Of a stretch of 64,000 nucleotides of DNA, positions 14,501 to 28,521 are shown piece after piece. Positions within the stretch are counted from its first letter, which is position 1; every line of letters starts with the position of its first letter. The position numbers and the translations under genes were made by a program. The notes under the pieces were generated by a model. That model did no database searches. It was not told the DNA's origin and saw only the letters and a program-made list of their open reading frames with translations. Source of the DNA: Chrysomallon squamiferum (taxonomy: Eukaryota > Animalia > Mollusca); NCBI GenBank assembly GCA_012295275.1, contig CM022665.1, positions 32,860,001-32,924,000 on the forward strand, given 5' to 3'.

Positions 14501-15391
14501 ATGGACAATGATTCCTCAGCAGAAATTATGAGTCAAGCTTCTGTTGCTGAAGATGGATATTTAACCGACTTCAAGAGTTCGGGTCTGCATTATGGAATCA
14601 TAAGGGGTAACAGTGAATTTGTTAGAGACTGTATGAAACAGGGTGAGCGACTGGACTTGCGATGTGAACAAACTGGTCAAACCTATCTACATTTAGTAAT
14701 GGTTAGTGCTACCCCTATGACAGAAACTTCCTTCGTACCCATCGTGTATCTATTCTCAAATGCTAATGCCAGTCTCGACGACCGCGACAACAACGGCGAC
14801 ACACCACTGCAACTCTCTATTAAACGCAATTTTCTGGCACTAATGGAAGCTCTGTTGAAATGTGGCGCCAAGTCCGATTCAACACATCTCGATTTAATTA
14901 AACGATATACTTCGTACTTCCAAGACGAATTCCTCGGTCGGTTCAGAAAGTTCCACCCAGGTTACTGGGATGCCGTTGCGGACAACAAGCGATTCCGTGT
15001 AAATATTTTAGTTAAATCTTGGTGCAGAATTAACATCAGTCGCAATGGGCTCAGTTTAATTGAGTATGCAAAGAAAATTGGAGCAGGCAATGGAATTGTC
15101 GACCTTTTAATGAAGCACGAAGCTTCTATTGAATTTGCTCATGCAACTATTGCAGGTGATGATGAACGCATGGAACTTTTATTGCACTACGGTTCAGTGG
15201 ATCTGGAAACTAGGGACTGGACAAACCAGGAAAACTACTGCGCTCCTTATATTTCTCTTGGATTAAAAGACGTCGCTCTGAAATATGGACATAAACATGT
15301 ATTGTATATTTTAGACAAAAACATCGAATTTATCAATCAAAAATCTATGCAGAACAAAGGATTTACATCTGTTGTTTGTGCTATTATGTGA
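14501..15391 (+). CDS. Intronless ankyrin-repeat protein (296 aa) with C-terminal CaaX prenylation motif
   Basis: Uninterrupted ORF; ankyrin-like motifs GQTYLHL, DNNGDTPLQLSIKRNFLALMEALLKCGA, ALKYGHKHVLYIL; ends SVVCAIM*; AATAAA at about 15552. Confidence 0.88.
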   Translation: MDNDSSAEIMSQASVAEDGYLTDFKSSGLHYGIIRGNSEFVRDCMKQGERLDLRCEQTGQTYLHLVMVSATPMTETSFVPIVYLFSNANASLDDRDNNGDTPLQLSIKRNFLALMEALLKCGAKSDSTHLDLIKRYTSYFQDEFLGRFRKFHPGYWDAVADNKRFRVNILVKSWCRINISRNGLSLIEYAKKIGAGNGIVDLLMKHEASIEFAHATIAGDDERMELLLHYGSVDLETRDWTNQENYCAPYISLGLKDVALKYGHKHVLYILDKNIEFINQKSMQNKGFTSVVCAIM

Positions 15392-15964
15392 TACGATTAA
15401 TAATAGCAGGAATATATTTCTTTATTTAGTATTTGAGCAGATAGTTGTTATATCGATGCAGTCTGTTTATTTATCTGTCTGTGGCCGAGTGAGAGAAAGT
15501 CAGTCACTCTAACATGTATTATTGTTAATCTGTTTTTGAAGTCAGTTAAATAATAAACAACTCGATCCTTCTGCATTCACACATATACACATACTCTCAC
15601 ACACACACACACAGAGAGCAAATAATTTTAAAAAATTAATAATTATTATTAAATAAACAAATAAAATGTAAATAAAAAGAGCAGTATTTTTCTATAAAGT
15701 AAATTGATATCAAGTTCTGCATGTTTCACTCTTTTAACAAAATAATGAAAATAAAAAAGAACAATAAACTTTAATTTTATATTTGAAATTTAGATTTATT
15801 AAGTACACAAATATAGTCTAATAGACTAAAAAAAAAATTGGAAATGACATTAGTATTTGAAAAAGCAAGATTACCTTTCACTGAAACTCCAAATGCCTGA
15901 CTATCGCAATCTATTCGTCCGTGTGACACCCTGACTTTCCATCTCTCTTTCTGTACCTGTACGT

Positions 15965-16134
15965 TGTATGTATGTGTGTGCGTGTCTGTCTGTGTGTGCG
16001 TGTATATGTATGTATATATGTGTATCTGTAAATGTGTGTATATACGTATGTATGTATGTATTTATGAATATGAGTGTGAGTGTGTGTGCACGTTTGTATA
16101 TGTGAGTGTGTGTTAGGGAGAGAGAGAGAGAGAA

Positions 16135-16193
<59 letters not shown>
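15965..16193. repeat. Compound (TG/TATG)n + (GA)n microsatellite
   Basis: Direct inspection; source of spurious ORFs 15901-16248 and 15911-16213. Confidence 0.9.
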
Positions 16194-16195
<2 letters not shown>

Positions 16196-16608
16196 AGGAG
16201 TAGTATTAAACAATTGTTATCTTCCATAATCCTAAAGTCTCGATCCATTCATAGAGTAGTAAATTTTTTTGTGTTTTTCTAATTCTGGATAAAATCTTCA
16301 GCCATTTTTAGCTAAATATTCTAACAAGGTTAACGGGCACTTAACGACTGTTATACGTGAATCAATACACTTTGTCATCTCCAATATTTCAGCTTTGTTT
16401 TTCATTTCAGTTTCAGTACAAACAATTCATATAATTTAAATATTTTGTATATCATAAACATGAAGACGTTTGCTTGCTTGCCCATACACGATCGAAGGTA
16501 TTTTTACATGTATTCAGTTAATTATATATATATATAAAAGACTACTCATCTGCTAAAGAATTTGATATCATCTTTGATTGTAAAAGTAAGTAGGCCTATA
16601 TATTAACC

Positions 16609-16654
<46 letters not shown>

Positions 16655-16668
16655 ATATATATATGATA

Positions 16669-17357
16669 CAGTGGTACCTTGACTTACGAGTTTAATTCGT
16701 TCTGTGACCGAGCTCGTAACTCAATTTGCTTGTATATCAAATCAGTTTTCCCAACTGAAATTAACTGAATTACCATTAGTCCGTTCCAGCTCCCCCAAAA
16801 CTACCCCATTTTTTTGTTATGCGTTTTTAAATAAGGAAAATGTATTTATAAATGACAAATATTGGATAAAAATAAAATAAAAGAGAATGTACAGAAATAA
16901 ATCGGTTTTGTAAAGTGTATTTATTTTGGACATCGACAAATTATTTTAACGCCTTTGGCTGGAGTTACAGCCTTTATCGACTTCAGCTTCAGTATGGTAC
17001 ATATCATAGAAGTACAACGCTTCTACTGCCTAGCCAAGTCGACTACACGAACACCTCGCTTATGTTTTTCTATGATTTCATGCTTTATTTCAATGGACAT
17101 CATCCGCTTCTTCTTCTCAGCATTGTCCTTTGCCTCACTTGCTTAGGATCCATGGTCAAAACAATTAAATTTGGCAAAATACTGCACAAAACGCGTGCAC
17201 AATACAACAGAGATGTTTCAATGCCGATATCCACGTGATGTAAATGAACAAGACGTTTGATGCTCAGTGGATGTTAAATTGTTCATTGCGCCAACTAGCG
17301 GCGCAACTCAAAGCGAAAAATCGCAACTCGGAAAAATCGTAAGTTGGTGCACCACTG
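16669..17357 (-). mobile_element. Non-autonomous Tc1/mariner-superfamily Tigger/pogo element (internal-deletion derivative), copy 1
   Basis: TA|CAGTGGTACCTTGACTTACG ... CGTAAGTTGGTGCACCACTG|TA (imperfect TIRs, TA TSD); minus strand carries a degenerate CENP-B/psq HTH transposase N-terminus (KKKRMMSIEIKHEIIEKHKRGVRVVDLARQ*KRCTSMICTILK...PAKGVKII). Confidence 0.88.
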
Positions 17358-17363
17358 TATATA

Positions 17364-17741
17364 GAAATGTATATACAAGATATAAAATTCTGTTGCAGTA
17401 CTACTCTTGTTGATCCGAACATATTCAATTATAAAAATAATAATGGGTTTTAACACAGGTTTCCCGATCAACTATTTCAGTGATTACAATGTTACGTTCA
17501 AAACACGTGACAGAAATCTGATGCTATATATATAGCATCAGATTTCTGTCACAAGATATATATGATATATATATATATAGCATCGGATTTCTATCACACG
17601 ATTTGAACGTAACATTGTAATCATTGAAATAGTTGATCGGGAAACCTATGTGTTAAAACCCATTATTACTTTTATAACTGAATATGTTCGGATCAACAAG
17701 ATTAGTATGCAACAGAATTTTATATCTTGAATACACATTTC
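17364..17741. repeat. Foldback / long inverted repeat (about 170-bp arms) containing a nested perfect 46-bp palindrome
   Basis: 17364-~17530 is the near-identical reverse complement of ~17575-17741; 17507-17552 (GTGACAGAAATCTGATGCTATAT/ATATAGCATCAGATTTCTGTCAC) is a perfect palindrome. Confidence 0.92.
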
Positions 17742-18058
17742 CAAACAAACCAATTAAAGAATTAACATGAAATATTAAGCAATCTTGACGGAAACGTTTG
17801 TTTTTTTTTGTATTTTTTTTGTAACGTAACTCTCTAATTGTAGTTTATGTCGCTTACAGAATTCACACCAGCAACAGCAACAGCTGTAGCAACAACAGTA
17901 ATAATACGGATTTCTGGATACAGCCCATATATATTGAAAAATTAAAGAAAGAAAGAAAAAAAAAAAAAAGAAATTGTATATTACAGATACAAATCAATAG
18001 TCTTAAAGCAGTGTCTGTTTAATAAATAGGCTGACAATTGAAAAAAAAAAAAAAAAAA

Positions 18059-18090
<32 letters not shown>

Positions 18091-19029
18091 GAAAGAATAT
18101 ATTTTTTATTTAAAAGATAAATGTACAAAGTAATACACTTAAATTTCTTACAATACCAAATGTAATAATTATATCAGATGAAAAAAAAAGAAAAAAAAGA
18201 AGAAAAACAGAAGAAAAAAAGGAGAAAACATTATTTAATAATGATAATGACTTATAGTGAGAGGATCGCCTCTACACCTCAAGTCTCACTTAAAATGGGA
18301 TTATTCAACGCGTATATCCCGAAAACCAAAGCAACTGCCTCCGAGTGGTGAGATAAAGCGCGCAAAATTTAAAAGTAGTTTAAAAAAAAAAAAAGTAAAC
18401 AATAACAACAAAAACAAAAACACACCATATCCCGGTTTTCTGGATTTTCGGATTTCTGGAAGCCGGATAAGTAAAAATTTTAAAAATAAAATTATAAAAA
18501 TAAAAATTATAACAAAGACACATTCATTTCTAATGAAAAACTGTTTCTATTACTCTTCTGACATTTGCAGTCTAAAAATATTAATTTCAAAATTAGGAAG
18601 GTTGTTTCAGAATGTGCCCATCGACATAAAAAAGCGAATGTTATAAAATTTTATCTTCATGTAAATTTTGTATTACTTTTCTGAACATAAAAAAAAAAAA
18701 AAATAAAAAATAAATAAATTATAAGACTAATTAAAGGATACTCGAACGTTATTGAATGGTTAAGCTATAAAACAGTACATCGCTAAAATAGGACTCAGTG
18801 ATTTATGTTATTTTAAGAAATAATAGAAATCTTGGAAAATATAATAATCTCGTATCAGACATGGTCAGAGTCGTGCGCATCAGTATTTCCAGGAGAAAAA
18901 CTTGTTGGGAAACTAATATTCATGATCATAAACACGTCGAGTAGACTGCTCAGGCATTGAAATAAGACAAAAAGTATTTTATTCAATACCTTTCACTCTA
19001 TCCTTTTCTTTAAAATAAATAAATAATAA

Positions 19030-19061
<32 letters not shown>

Positions 19062-19371
19062 TTTGTCATCCTGATTATATAATCGTCAAAAAGTCTATAA
19101 TGGGAAGCAGCAGAAATGGATGTACTATATACTTTCGCAGAGGATCGATCTCAGAACGGTAACTTTGATGTAATTAATCAAAATTTGAAACGAATGTCCT
19201 CAAAAACAGTCAAAATAAATAAATAAAGGAAGGTACAGGATATAGTGACAGCAATATCTGGCACAATAATAGTACCCATTCCTGTAGATCCTTTTAATAA
19301 TTGACCCTAAAAACGCTATTAGAGTGACTTCCCCTGAAAAGAAGTGGAGCTACATTTATGTCGGAAGCGAA

Positions 19372-22300
19372 ATGTCTGTAATATATCGAGCTCTTGTTGG
19401 TTTTGGTGATCGCCATGTCCCAGCTAAACTTGTGCCACTATGGAATCATCCAGCAGGTAATTCAAGAAATGTAATATTGATGCATAACTAATTCTATGTT
19501 TGACAAAATGACTGGGCGTTAAGAAAATGCTTCAAATTGTTTAAACAATTTGACTTTTACATTACCTTAGTTTTTAGAGCTGATTAGATGATGGGTCTGT
19601 TTCGGTGTTTAGATCTTTCGATTAATAGGGTTAAAGTCAGGTTTCTAAAATTGTGTAAAGTAATTTTGGTTGAGAGCCACAAATAAGAAACTGCCACATC
19701 ATAAAATGATAATTATATAAAACTAATAGTCTCACCATTTTGTATCGTGCCATATACTGAAAATGAAATAACAAAAAATAATGACAAATATATACAAAGA
19801 TTTGAATGAGAAATGAAATTACCCTCAGCATAATTTATTTTATTACTGATAATATATTGATAGAATGAGCAAAGTTACAAGACACACAATATAACATTTT
19901 ATTTCAGAATAATAAAGTCCCACGGAAAAGCAGTTTTTATATCAAATATTCAAAAGCTCTCTTATTTTTATTATTTATTTTATTAATTAGTTTTTTTTTG
20001 TTTTTTTTTACACCTACGTAATTTATATTTTATAATCTTTTGTTTCTGTTTTGTTTAGCTATCTGTTAAATAATAATTGTTAAAAAACCATTGAGATGCT
20101 GTGAAAAATGAAGTCGGATTTTTAATTTATTTTTTATTTTTTAATTATAAACAATTTACAAAACTGTAAGTTAAAACAATTTGTATACATAAAATAAATT
20201 GAAAAAAAAAGGAAAGATAAAAAAGACATGAATTTTCAGATATATTAAGATAATGTCTGGTATTAAGTGTAGGCTGTTAGAAATTAGGGCACATTGACTG
20301 GCCTTGAGCAGATGACCTTGAAAATCTATGTAAACACTGAATGCCAATGTAACTGATCAGGGGTATTTCGCAGATATCTACCATGTCTTTGTACTAGATA
20401 CAGCATTAGCCAAAAAAATAAAAAAATAAATAAATAAATGTATATAATATATATATATATAAATAAAATAATAATAAAGAAACAAGAGAAAGATGCACAA
20501 CATTATTTGTTATAGTTAACAGGTTTGCTGCTGAGAGCTGTAATTGTGTATTCTGTGAATACTGCAGAATAATTCAGTAGCGAACCAGTTAATAAGCTGT
20601 ATGAAAGAAAAAGGTATAACAAATCATTAAAAACAAACAACAATTATGTGTTTGAAATACTATCATAATATTTGATTAATTTATGTACTATACTGCTGAT
20701 TATTGTAGTAGAATTCTAAATTAAACTTACAAGTGTGTATATCTTCATGTAATAATACTGTTTGTAATTTCAGTTTATGTAGAAAGTATTTCTTAATTTC
20801 TGGAGAGGCTTTCCCCTGTTTTATTTATTTTTACTGTATTATCCATACTAAAAGTAGGCCATACCAATATTCTTTGTGAAGGGTTACACAGAAAGCTGTT
20901 TAATTAATAACTACAGTAATATTTTTATATTTTATTTTTAATATTTCACATAATGTGTTTTTTTTAAAATAGTATTTCTTAATGTATCTTCTGTATGCTG
21001 TTTAATATGAAGGTAATTTAAAATTTTAAAAGTAAGTATTTACCAGACTTTATTTTAATATCTTTTCAGGTCCAAAAACAGTGCATTTTTGGGCACCAGT
21101 TATTAAGTGGGTAAGTAACCACAAATGTATATTTAGATGAGCAAATGCAGCTAGAAACTGAACTTGATTTCTACAAAATTTATTATTAATATAAACTTAT
21201 GACAGTAGTCTTTCAGTTTTATTTGGTATTTATTCTACACCATTGGTTTTCAACCTTTTTCATATCACTACCCCTTATGAGCAACTCAATATGACTGATG
21301 ACCCCCTTTAACTTTTTGATTCAGTAATATCTAGGATTACCATAATTTCATCAACCAAAGACAGTACAAAAGGAATCTATATTCACTATGACAGGTCCCA
21401 AACCTATCTACACATTTTTATTTATTCCTCCTTCCAAGTCAAATTAAAAAAAACTAAAACATACCCTTTGCTTAAGAACGATCTTGCAACCCCCAGAAAA
21501 AAGCTATGTTCTAGACTGTTGTGGTTATATTCCAATACTTGGAAATGTAATATAATTTAAACTAATTTATAACAATGTTTTGAAGGTGTAAAGTCATTGA
21601 ACCAGTGCACTCATCTCTAGCTCATGGTTAGGGCATTGTGCAGTGGTATACTCACTGGGTTATGTAACAGCTGTTTCCCATGACAGGCTTGTCTAAGGAC
21701 ATAATAATTATGAAAGTTATTATTTTTTTTAAATTTTCAGTATACTCCTTAACCAAATGTATGATGCCATATAATCATAACAACATATATAAAAATGTAT
21801 TAAGTACAGTATTAATAAAACATTTAGTTTTGAGTATAATTTGAACATCAAAACTAAAATCCAATAAAATAAACTTCTAATAGGATCAGGAAATCTTTTC
21901 CTTTTGATATCAGTATGTTGATGAAATTCTGTTAGATGTGATTATATCTGTTCAGCAGAAGAGCCTTGTAAATAACAATTTAAGAAAAAAAAAGTTATTA
22001 TATTTTTATTTTATTTATTATAACTTAAAATAATTATTTCTGTATGGTACAGTATTGACACATAACAATTTTCATTATTATACATTGCAACTACATATCT
22101 AATTTAGATCTCAGTAAACAAAAAAGCATTCATGTCAATAAAATTACTTGATTTTCAGCATCCACCTGAATTGTCTGGTATAAATAAACTTCAGTAACAA
22201 TCAGTATATATGTTTCAGGTGCTGGTAATTGCTGGAGTTGGTGACATAGCCAGACCAGCTGAAAAACTGAGTTTGTATCAGTCTACTGCACTAGCAGCTA

Positions 22301-23228
22301 CAGGTATGTTACATGTTTTTTAATCATTTATTACATGATGGAGATAAAAATACAGAACTGTTAATATTCATATGTACAGCTTATGTCAGCGAAAGTGTTG
22401 AAAAACATCTGTTATGTAAAAGAAATCCATAGTTAATAATCAATTAATTAGAACTGCAAGGTCAAGAATATTAATGTTTAATGTATCTGTTGGTAATTTG
22501 TTAGTAAGTACTAAAGTATCCTTTCTGATACTTTATATTGTATTTTCAGTTTAAGACTCAGTTATTGTTGTTGTTATTAAGATTAAGTAATGAAATGCAT
22601 TTTTGATAATTTATCATTACTAATGAAACAGTTTCATTTTTCAGGATCTATATGGGCCAGGTACTCCTTGGTGATCATTCCTAAGAACTACAGCTTGTTC
22701 TTTGTCAATGTGTTTGTAGCATCAACAGGATTCTACCAGCTATCAAGAATTTACCTGTAAGGAAGTTACTGACCTTTAATCTCTTGATGTCTTTATATCA
22801 TTATTGTCCTCCTTATCACAACAGTTATCATTGAGCCTATTCCCACGCGTTAATGAATTGTTACACTGCATCCTCTAATCATCTCCTTTGATTGATGCAA
22901 AGTAACCATGACTTAAATTTTACTATCTGTGGCATAGCTTATAAAAGCTTTGTTGCATCTAATTAATAGGAATAGCCCATGGAGTTTATACTTAAATCTT
23001 TTTGTATCCTTTATAGTTATTTATTCAGTATTAAATAACATGTACAGCCAGTGAATTTTAATATAAAAAATCCAACACATTTTATGTATATATATGTGTG
23101 TGTATATTTGCTTATCTATCTGTTTATACTACTGCTATATACATATATTTTTCAGGTATCGCAAAGGACTGAAAGAAAACCAAGCTGTCTTGACTGCTTC
23201 TGAAACATCAGCAATAACATCAAAATAA
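19372..23228 (+). CDS. MPC2: Mitochondrial pyruvate carrier 2 (BRP44), 131 aa, 5 exons
   Basis: Exons 19372-19456, 21070-21110, 22219-22303, 22645-22756, 23156-23228 (396 nt). Protein MSVIYRALVGFGDRHVPAKLVPLWNHPAGPKTVHFWAPVIKWVLVIAGVGDIARPAEKLSLYQSTALAATGSIWARYSLVIIPKNYSLFFVNVFVASTGFYQLSRIYLYRKGLKENQAVLTASETSAITSK* carries the MPC2 motifs WNHPAGPKTVxFWAP and IWxRYSLVIIPKN. Not in the ORF track because the exons are short. Confidence 0.97.
21241..21508. mobile_element. Degenerate hAT (Charlie/Buster-type) MITE in MPC2 intron 2
   Basis: Begins CATTGGTTTTCAACCTTTTT (Charlie-like TIR); flanked by 8-bp TSD TTCTACAC / TTCTAGAC (nnnTAnnn pattern). Confidence 0.6.
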
Positions 23229-26200
23229 TTTTAGTAAATTATTATTATTATTATTATTACATATCTCCTGAGTGTTTATATTGGCATCTCAAATACAGGA
23301 TTTGTATTTATTTTACTAAAGAACTGATTTGTGATAAATAGTATAGTGATGTAGTTAATTATAAAGTAAAACAGAGCATAGCATGTATTAATGTTGCACA
23401 CTTAGATTTTTTATTTGTATGTAAAAAAACAAAGTGTTACAGGAAAGTTGTTAATATCCTATGGATGACTGAAGGTTTAATTTATTATTAATATGAAAAA
23501 GTCATAATGACTAGGATTGTTTTTATTTATGTTTTTTTATTTTATTAGAACTGATGGTGTTTTTTGTGCTATTTATTACACTTCAGTTCTGGTGACAGCA
23601 TAGATCATTATTTTGTTTATTTTTATTTTTATTTTTATTTATGTTTTGACATATTACTATTTTGTAAAAATAGTAAATCAAGATATAAATAAAAAGTGAT
23701 TCTGCATATTGTATTCCTACCACTTATTTGCAATATACTCATGATAACTTGTTTCACTATTACTGTGAAATACCCCTAAATTGTTACACATTTATATCAA
23801 AGATATAAGCTAGTACTCTTTTTAAATAAATAAAATGAAGAAATATTTACTCTCTACGTAAAGGGTAAAACAAATGGCAAAATTCATTTTGTATACTTCC
23901 ATGTTATTTTTCTTGCTTGTTCTTTCATCCAGCCTTGGTAATAAAACTTGACAATAATACTATCATCTTAAGAGGATGCTAGGGTCCTGACATTTTCTTT
24001 TTGTTATTGTTATTTTCATACAGAGAAATGTACCAAAATTTGTTACAGACTGCATATATGCTGTCTCTATAATGATTTACTCTATCAAGGTCGTTTCTTT
24101 TCAACATGCTATTTTATTATTATTCTTTATTATAATGACATATCCCATTTGTCTGCTTATGGCTTACTTTGGGATTGGAAAACTGCATTATGTAATACTT
24201 GAAAAGCTGATGGGGCAAAACACCATTAACAGCTTTCTGTAAGTGTATTTGTAAGAAACAGCATGCTTTTATTTTTCTTCAAATTTAAAGGGTACCTTTG
24301 ATGATATAAAGAAATAGTTTAAATAATTCCTCTGTTTTCAAGCAACATAATCAGTATTTTTATTTTGTTCTCTTAGCTAATAATGAAATTAATAACAAAA
24401 GAATAAATGTTAACATTATCTAGGCAGTGTCATTTTGTGAAGTCAGTATGTACAGGGTGGTCAAAAAAAAAAGTACCATTTATAAATCTATCATGTATCT
24501 GATGATGTCACAACTACAGTAGTGAAAGTGTGAAATAGCAAGGTTCATATTTTTGTAACAGTATTATTTTATTATTACATTTGGTTATGATCAGAGCTAG
24601 CTTGTCCAAAACAATAAATAAATTACTTAAAAGATTTTATTTACAAGAGATATCTTCTAAGATTTATATTACATTCATCAATAATATTGCATTTTAATTC
24701 ACTGAGTTTCTCCATAAAATTATGGACTTGCTAGACATACTGGTCTTTTGAATTTCATTAATATTCATGAACACAGCCAAAGCTGGCTCTTATCAGAAAA
24801 ATTACAAAATGTATTTAGGCCATTTGTTTTCATTACATAAAATTAAAGAAAAAAACAACAATAGTTGATAAAATAAAAGATAAAATAATAAAACAATAAA
24901 AGATAAAATAATAATAGAAATGTGATAGGAATGAAAATATTTCTAAGATGTTACTGAATAAATTCTTAACTAATCTGAAAAACGAATGCATAACTAAAAA
25001 GAAAAATCAGAGATGAAGTAACAGGGTATTTTTTAGAGTTTAATAATCTTTTGAAAATGATCATTATATAATTTTATTAACTTTGTGATTTTATATTTGT
25101 CCTTTAAAATTTATTTCTCCTTTATTTAACTTTGGTTTGTGATAAACATGATTGTGGACTAGAACATTGCAATATTATAATAAATGGCCATAAACTTTGC
25201 CATACTCTACATTAATACTAGGGCACTGATTATTATTATTTTATTTTTGGTGATACTGTTAAGTTTGCCTTTAATTGTTTTACATATTAAATTATATGCA
25301 CAATTCTTAATTATGTATTGTGCCACATTTTTATATAGATTTTCCTTCATATAACGCACAAACATATAAAACTGTTGCATGCACTGTTTTTTTTTAATTA
25401 AACATATCAAATAATAACATATTTTGTTAAGCATTATGCTTTGAAACTTAATTTTTAAAATGTATTATTATTATTTAAAAAAAAATATATTCTTTGAAAA
25501 ATAAAAAAAGATATGTTTAGGTTAGAGAATAAAATTACCTTCAGAGATTAACATGAAAGGATTTCCACTGTGGTCTGTACATAATATAACATTTAGATAC
25601 AGTATTAATGGGTTTATTAATTACTTATAATAAACATATTCATTAAATGTCATGATACATTTTCGTAAGTATAATTATTAGGATTATTAATTGATAATAT
25701 AGTATTCAAATTAATAATGGTGTTATATATTAAACCTTGAAATAAGTAGAAAAATATATTTTTTTTATTTTACATAACGTAATTATTATACAAGTACTGT
25801 GTATAGGTGAATCATAATAGAACTGAACTGGCTGGTGGTAGTGTCATATTTATATTTTACTAATGTTTTTTGTTGTTTTTCAGGGATAATTATTATTCTA
25901 GACTTGTAAGTGATACTAAATGTATTTATTATAATTTGTATTACCTTTTAGTCTGTTTAATAAATTTATTCTTTTAATTATAGTGTTTATTGTCTTAATG
26001 TTACATTAGTTGCAAAACACATTAAAATAATGTTGTTATCTATCATATGTGTTTTTGTTCAGGAAGTTTTTGTCAGTTTAGTATATTAAAGCTGCATTCA
26101 TGTCTCCTTTTTTATACTACCATTTCTTGAAGAATAAAAACAGCAATTTAAAAGATACAAGACAGAATGAATGTTACCCCTCCCCTCAATGTTAAATTCT

Positions 26201-28521
26201 ACCAGTGACATAAGCACAAAGTTTCAAGAGAATACATTATTTCAGCTGCACATACCGAAACCCATTCATTCCAATAATATCACTTAAGTTTATTTCTTAC
26301 TTTAAATTCATGGGATAAATAAAGAAATAAAATAAAAATCCAATGGAATATAACTCGCAAAAGAGAAAAAAGAATGTAGAAATACTGTGAAGATCAAACA
26401 CATTTACAATTAAAAATGTTTTTCATTTTTTGTAAACCTCTCACAAATTAAATGTATTGTAATATTATTTTAACTATCAATTAATATTTCATAAAAATGC
26501 ATATACTGTATTTGGAAAATGGAATATATTTTGATACCTGACTGGGATGTATTTGAATTAGAAGTTAAAAACTAATGAACAAAAAAAAAAATGGAAAAAA
26601 AAAAAATTAACTGTTCATGATATTGCTGGATTTGTTTTTAAAATAAATATATTTTTCTTGCTCTGTAATTTATAACCTGGAATATATTTCAGTGTATTGA
26701 TATAGCTGAAGTTATAAATTCAGGATTCAATTGTGTATGATTGTTTTATGGCAGTGTTGTCTTCAAAATAGTGTTGCAGTTTCTGTTCAAGTTTCAATAT
26801 AACTGAACTTTGAATTTGGGATCTAAATTATTTTTTAAATTATTTAGAAATGGCAGAGTCAGTAATGTGGTTTTATAAAGTGTGAATGACACTGTGATGA
26901 TATAGAAATTTCATTATAACTTTTATATTTAAAACATTTGGAATACACCAAGTGGAGTTTTTACTGGGATTTCTAATCTAATTCATCATGACTTTAAAAC
27001 TTTCTGGAATATCAAAATAATTATTTTTTTCAATTTTAATCTGTCTCTGATTGTAACTTACATAACACAGAAATAAGAGTTATTATGTAATAAATTTACT
27101 GCACTAAGTAATTCATTAAATAAATGTGGTGGATTACATTTAGTGAATCATCCTGATTTTATAAAATAAAACATTTTCTATTGCATGAAATTTATCATGA
27201 TTCTGTCTTCATTTAAGTAATCAAGAGAGAGAGAGACAATGAATTAAAATAAAAGTCAGCGGTAGACTGAAGTAGTAGTAATTATATCCAAACATTTTTA
27301 TGTATCCTCAAGCTTTTTTACTGTTATTAACAAATAAGTAAAGCAATAATTTTGAAATACAGAAAATTTATTAAGGCCACTTGTTAAACAGAGGTAGAGG
27401 AAGATCACGGTAAAGTATGCATACATTTAACAGATCAAATTTTCTGTTTAGCAAACCATTTATTTATATACTGTCTTAAAATGTATAAGAAAATTATATT
27501 CACTATTTAAATACTTATGACACATGATTTTGAAGAGCTTATTTGTTGTTAGAAAAAGTCTACAATGATATCTTACAATATTATAGTCAGAAATCATAAG
27601 TCACAAAAAAAACCTTATCAAATTTTAGGAATACTGAACACTGTACAGTCTTATAAAAAGAAAAGCAAAACTCTAAAATAAAATAACAACAACAAAACAA
27701 AAAACAACCAACAATAAAAAACAAAAAAAAGGAGAAGCAAAAAGTATTGAATTAAATATATTTGTTAAAACAAACATGACATATGCTTTTCTATTTCAGT
27801 GTGTGTAATTAAACACATTTCTTGTTTTTTATTCTTTTATTATGGAATCACATTTTTTAATGGAAGGTAGAATGGTAAAACAAATTAATGAGCTTGTTGA
27901 AGAAAATTGATTCTTTGATCTATCATATTTGAAGCAAATATCGAAGAACTGCAGTACTCACAGTAGTAGTACTATGATCTACAGTATAATGGCAGCTGAA
28001 CCAAAACAGCACAGTTTTGACAAATGTCAGGCTTCCAGGAATACTATTACAAATAATCTCTTCTATAATTTTTTTAAAGTGAAATTCAAAGACAATAATT
28101 AGATATTTGTCCAAAAAAAATAATTATTCAAAAACTTATGTGCCATTCTGTTCACCTTCAGAACATGTATTTAATTATGTCATATATTTCAGTGTGATAT
28201 GAAATCAAGTGCTCAAACACAACCTACTGAAAGATACTACAAACTTTTGTTGCAACCCAGTAATAGTAAATTATAAATTTTCTAAATAAATGCTTTAACT
28301 GATTCAGTGGCAAAAGGTAATTGAAAAGTAAACAAGTAAACAAACATACAAACTGAAAACTTGAAAAACTGGAAAAGTTAAAACTGTAATCAAACATGAA
28401 TCAAAACAACAATGAATTCTTTAACTTGAATTCTTGATTTTTTAGTACCAGAAGATACATGGTGAACTCTGCTTTTATAAGAAACAAACAAACATCATGT
28501 GTATTATTACAGAAAAATTAA

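Noticed and set aside
15901-16248. ORFs with SLSLSL, THTHT, ERERER or CMYVCMYV runs (also near 29.8k, 47.3k, 49.4k, 59.5k, 61.1k, 63.5k)
   Set aside because: Translations of stop-free microsatellites; no coding signal.
24451-24481. Tc1/mariner-like end TA|CAGGGTGGTCAAAA
   Set aside because: No matching second TIR found; at most a solitary remnant.
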